Assembly (NCBI RefSeq): GCF_964355755.1
Contig: NC_092674.1
Span: 62,001 to 126,000, forward strand
Length of the DNA stretch: 64,000 bases
Direction of reading: 5' to 3'
Source of the DNA: Antedon mediterranea
Lineage: Eukaryota > Animalia > Echinodermata
The position numbers were made by a program, and so were the translations under genes. Below the pieces are notes generated by a model. It ran no database searches. It was not told where the DNA came from and was given only the letters and a program-made list of their open reading frames with translations. Position 1 is the first letter of the stretch; each line of letters starts with the position of its first letter. Below, in pieces: positions 62,766 through 64,000 of this stretch.

Positions 62766-64000
62766 TTATAGACAATCATGGTAAGATACTACTAATATGT
62801 GTGCACTAGGACTAAAAGGCAATAATTAATCGAATACATGTCACCCCGGACAATAAAACAGTTATTGCTAAATTAGGCCTATATAGAAATTATATGGAAT
62901 ATCATACGAAACATCATAAGAGGCGATTATGATTTTATATAATTTTTATTACACTTATAAAGCGAGTATCATTCACAAAAAAATAAAAAGTATTATCATG
63001 GTTGAGCACAAGATTTTAAAATGTAACTGTGGATGTACTAACTATATTAATATACTGACGTATAGTTGTATTAGTCACAAGAAAAGTGTTTTGAACAAAC
63101 TACTATATCATGCATTATTTTGTACATAACCTCGCAATTTAACCATTTCTGTTTTAAATCACATTTTGATGATGTTTGTGGTACTTTAGGCTGTACTTAT
63201 TTTTGTAATAACCTCTCAGAGGTAGCTATTTCCGATCCAAATGTCTTTTAAACAAACATAGTGATTTCAATTTATATTCCCCTTATACGGGATGGAAGAA
63301 AAATATATTTTGTTTTATTGAAAAATGCATTTCTAGAGATTGACAGAAACCACATTTACTTACAGTAACGACGAAATAATTTCTTTTGGAGGAGGAGAAT
63401 GAAGTTTATTTAAATCTTCAATTTGAATGGAGAAATTAAAAAGTATCAACTTTGTTTTTCTAACCCCCACCCTCTTGCTCTCTCTCCCACGCCCTCCTGT
63501 AATGTACTAGCAATACCATAACTTACACCATTCATAATGTCTAATAATAGGGATTTAATATAGTTTGAATTTCTTACAGTGTATTACAGATCAAATTAAA
63601 TGTTTTGATTAACTGTATAAGAATTGATGAATTATGAGGAACACTAATTTTTAGATAGATTCTCGTAAATCCATAATCAAAAACTAACCAAGCAACTAAC
63701 GAAGCATACGATCGTAAATCGTTCCATTAGATTTATAAATAATCTCATAAATTAAGATAATTGCAAACAATTCATCATGGGATAGTGAATGACGGTAAAT
63801 ATGAGAACCTCTTGTAGTAAGATAGCATCCAGACTCCTTTTATTTAACTGTTTTCATAATTTGTTCACAATTGAAATATTCGTTGGATAACCGAGTAAAA
63901 ATACACCATTTCTACATTACCATAGAAACATTAGGCCTATAGCGAATATGCCTATATCTATCATATTCTTTTGGCAATCTTGTGAATTATTATTTGTATA

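Overview
AT-rich, intron-containing animal genomic DNA; an invertebrate deuterostome such as an echinoderm is inferred from the repeat content, not proven. I hand-spliced three conserved genes and one orphan candidate. (1) The 5' part of a Dbl-family RhoGEF (MCF2L/Dbs-like, SEC14 + spectrin repeats) lies on the minus strand, with three candidate alternative first coding exons; it runs off the left edge. (2) A complete 9-exon, 358-aa minimal ATP-dependent DNA ligase (39142-41747) belongs to the bacterial Lig E / Chlorella-virus / kinetoplast type. It is not LIG1/3/4 and is the most unusual element in the window. (3) SPCS2 (42808-46249) contains a U12-type AT-AC intron. (4) An orphan, helix-rich spliced ORF (about 55558-56444) is only fragmentarily caught by the ORF track. 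The rest is dense with minisatellites and nested mobile DNA: an inverted Penelope-like element with a hammerhead-like motif interrupted by a 5S-derived SINE, a 5.8-kb CCCAG/EnSpm-type element with satellite arms, several MULE-, Merlin-, Harbinger- and piggyBac-like MITEs, a Nin/Deu SINE and LINE fragments. All identifications come from reading the sequence and recalled family motifs; no database search was run.
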